Assembly: GCA_973895155.1 (NCBI GenBank)
Contig: OZ316893.1
Coordinates: 4,578,977-4,642,976 of the forward strand
Direction: 5' to 3'
Origin: Marsupella aquatica
Taxonomy: Eukaryota > Plantae > Marchantiophyta
DNA length: 64,000 nt
The notes under the pieces were generated by a model, which saw nothing but the letters and a program-made list of their open reading frames with translations, was not told the origin of the DNA and made no database searches. The translations under genes and the position numbers were made by a program. This document shows positions 61,368-64,000 of this stretch, piece by piece (position 1 is the first letter of the stretch; each line of letters begins with the position of its first letter).

Positions 61368-64000
61368 TGTGATGCCCAGCCAGGAATCACTCGGCCAGTT
61401 AAGTGGGTAAAGCAAGAGTGCACCCTAGAAACACCTTAGTATAGGGACAAAACAAGGAAAATATAAACAATTAGGGGCGACTATGGAACCCGGGCCGAGG
61501 CCTGAGGTAAGGACGTTGGGGGTGAAAACAAGATTAGGGTTAGGGCGCGCTAAGCATCGGTGGCTAGGAAGGATCAACGGGAGAAAGGACCGGAAGAGGA
61601 GAGGGGTAAGGAGCGCTTGCAGGAGATGGTGGCTCATTTGCAAGCACGAACTAGGCAGACAACTACGGGAGGCCAACTACTGTCAGCTGCTTAGGCAAGC
61701 ACTCGGGGAGAGAGTAGATACCGACAATTGACCTAAGGAGGGTATGAGCAACGTCAATCAAGCGGCACATTTCTGGGGATGCCTGTTCGAACGGGCAATT
61801 GAGTACATCAAGACTTACGAGGACGAAGAATCAGAAAGGGCAGCTCGAGAACGACAGGAGCTTGCTCGATTGTGGGAGCTGCAGAAGACGGCTTTCTTAG
61901 GAGGCGAACTCATCAAGGCCGAGTTCTTGTGGACTCCTACTTCCAATCAGCTCGACGATCTTCTGTTTTGCAAAGACAGAATCATCGGCATTCGAGAGGC
62001 CATCAAGAACTACAACGACATACACTGGGAATTGAAGGGTAGCACGGAAAGGTGGACCCAGGCAACGGTGCTAGGAGAAACCTCCACGGTAGCCGAGATG
62101 AAGAGGAAGGGAGCCATCAACGATGAAGCCACCCCGGCAAAAAGAACAAGGTCGGCGGCACCAAAGAGGCCAGCCGAGCAGCAGAGCAGGAGGCAGGGAG
62201 AAGCCAAAGAGGAGGAGGTCGATCCCATCAATGCCATTCCAACCAGGGATGACACCTGGAAGGGCTGGGCGGCAACCCTACCAGCAGAGGTGCAACTACA
62301 TTTTGCACGGGAGGAGGATGCATGCTTTACGGCCATGCAGACCAAGAAGTACCAAGGCTTCATGGCCGGATCCGGCTTAGAGGCCTTTGTAAGATTACCA
62401 TGGCTGAAGCCGGAGGTACCGGATTCAGACCTATTAGAATTCGTGGGGTCATGGGAACCCGAGACCAATTGCACGAGGATATATGGGAAGGATTTCTATC
62501 TTACTTCCAAGGTGATTTCCGAAGTGTTTGGCTTGCCGATAGGCAATAAGACCAAAGTTGATACCAGGAAGACCTTGCCTGACAAGGAGTTCCGGTCGTT
62601 CCCCGGGCCATCAACAAAGAATGGCTTCTTCCGGAACACCTGCACCAACCCGCACATAGGAGAGATGATCGACTTCTTGCGGGTGACCATGCATTGTAAC
62701 TTGCCGAGGTCAGAGATCGGCAAGGCACAGGTCTATCTGGCAGAGAGGCCAGACCCAAGCCGGGACTACAATGGGTACCTCCTCAACCAATTGAAGAAGA
62801 TCTTAAAGGAGGAGCAGCAGGTAATCGGCATGGGGAGCGTGTCGCGGCTTGGCTATCACATGCCGCTGTTGTGCCGGTATGCCAGAGGTCAGACCTTTGC
62901 CCCAGTACTTCCCCTGCAGGTAAGGGCACCCGAGGAAGCCCCAGCACCAAGGCCGGTAGCAGAGAAGCCTCAACCACCTGTTAGCCCTATGATCAAGCAG
63001 GTGTTTAGGCCAAGGACGGAGGACTTGCTGATGCAGCAACCAGGCATGCAGAATCTGCTGAAACTACTGGAGAAAGAGAAGAGATCGGCATTGGCAACGA
63101 CAACGGCAACGGCAACAATGCAGGACACTGCCCCAGAGGTCAACCTAAGCAGAATCAGGCCAGAATCCAAGCTGGGTGTTCGAATGTACGTGGGAGTCTC
63201 AAGCTCTGAATCTGAGGCAGAATTGCCTGAAGCTCCTACCGACGAAGAAGAGAGGGAGAAGCCGGAAGTCCAAGAAGTAGAGGAGGCAGACTTGGAGGAC
63301 TACAGCCATGATAACTCCGGCTATGGGTCAGACCATCACGTTCCAGGAGTAAGGACCTGTGGCCGGTTTATCCCCACACTTCCAAGGGTAGTACGAGGGG
63401 ACCCCAACCAGCAGAGTAGCCCTGAGTCTCCCCCACCAGATGTTGCTCCCCCGAGCTTTGACGGCATAAAACAGACGGCGCAGGAATTTTAGGAGCGAAT
63501 CAGGCAGGAAGAGAAGGCAGCCCTGGCCAGGGAAAAGGATTTGCCAGGAGGAGATTGGCCGGAGGACATCAGGCGGCTAGCCGAAAAAGGAAGCAAACCT
63601 CTAGCCACGATTGAAGAGATCCGCAAGACGGCTTGGGAGCAGAGGCCACGATGGGCGATGCCGATCACTTCTACTTACTCCACCTACACTAAGAATAGAG
63701 CCATGGAGTATGGTGAGATGTGTGGGGAACTTGCGCTCGACATCTTTGGGGAGGAGTTGGAGGTAGGACCCTTTTTCCATAAGGAGCAGTTGGAGAAGAA
63801 CCAATTAGAAGAAGTGGTGGCTTTAGAGAGAAGCAAGAAGGACGAGGTCATCTGGCGGCTTAGGAGGATGGAAGCCGAGATTGAAGATCTAAAGGCGGCC
63901 AAGAAAGCCCAAGATGAACTGAGGATTAAGCGGCATGAGTTGAACATCATGCAGGGGCAGTTGGACACAGCGCAGGCTGATAATCAGATTATCAAGGATA
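61368..64000 (+). mobile_element. Retroelement-like unit B inserted into unit A in the opposite orientation
   Basis: Starts TGTGATGCCC (gypsy-LTR-like terminus) exactly where unit A's homology to B stops. Confidence 0.72.
61744..64000 (+). pseudogene. Retroelement accessory protein (Transposase_32/PMD-like domain, acidic region, long coiled coil); premature TAG at 63490
   Basis: GLEAFVRLPW...LLEFVGSW....NC..IYGKDFYLTSKVISEVFGLPIG. Unit A has CAG (EFQERIR) where B has TAG, and the frame continues to the window end. Confidence 0.7.

Overview
This is eukaryotic, intron-rich DNA from a land plant. The F-box gene type and TE repertoire suggest a bryophyte or liverwort (inference). The window is mostly transposon-derived. 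(1) <1-18932 is an apparently intact CACTA/En-Spm element with TnpD, TnpA-like exons, subterminal GTCAT/ATGAC repeats and a ~578-bp internal tandem array. It also carries a stand-alone EDM2-like triple-PHD ORF. It appears nested in a second same-family end (TIR at 20515), which abuts a Ty1/copia PPT and 3' LTR. (2) 21-30 kb is host-like sequence with a hairpin, a frameshifted secreted SPH-like gene and an F-box gene. (3) From a second, different CACTA-type terminus at 30387 runs a very large, decayed element. It contains a second EDM2-like PHD gene, a retroelement-accessory-domain::SNF2-RING-helicase fusion (FRG/CHR27-28-like) and a divergent CMC transposase with a BAH-like C-terminus that is disrupted by a 256-bp MITE. 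It probably also includes an RPA1-like OB-fold gene, a SAM-domain gene and a zinc-finger/AT-hook gene. (4) 58265-64000 holds two related TG-starting units nested in opposite orientation, whose long ORF appears to lie inside the terminal (LTR-like) unit. The best candidate for an undescribed system is CACTA transposons carrying chromatin reader and remodeller cargo (EDM2-type PHD, SNF2-RING, BAH-like) as a possible anti-silencing or targeting toolkit. All family assignments come from motif recognition by eye, not database searches.
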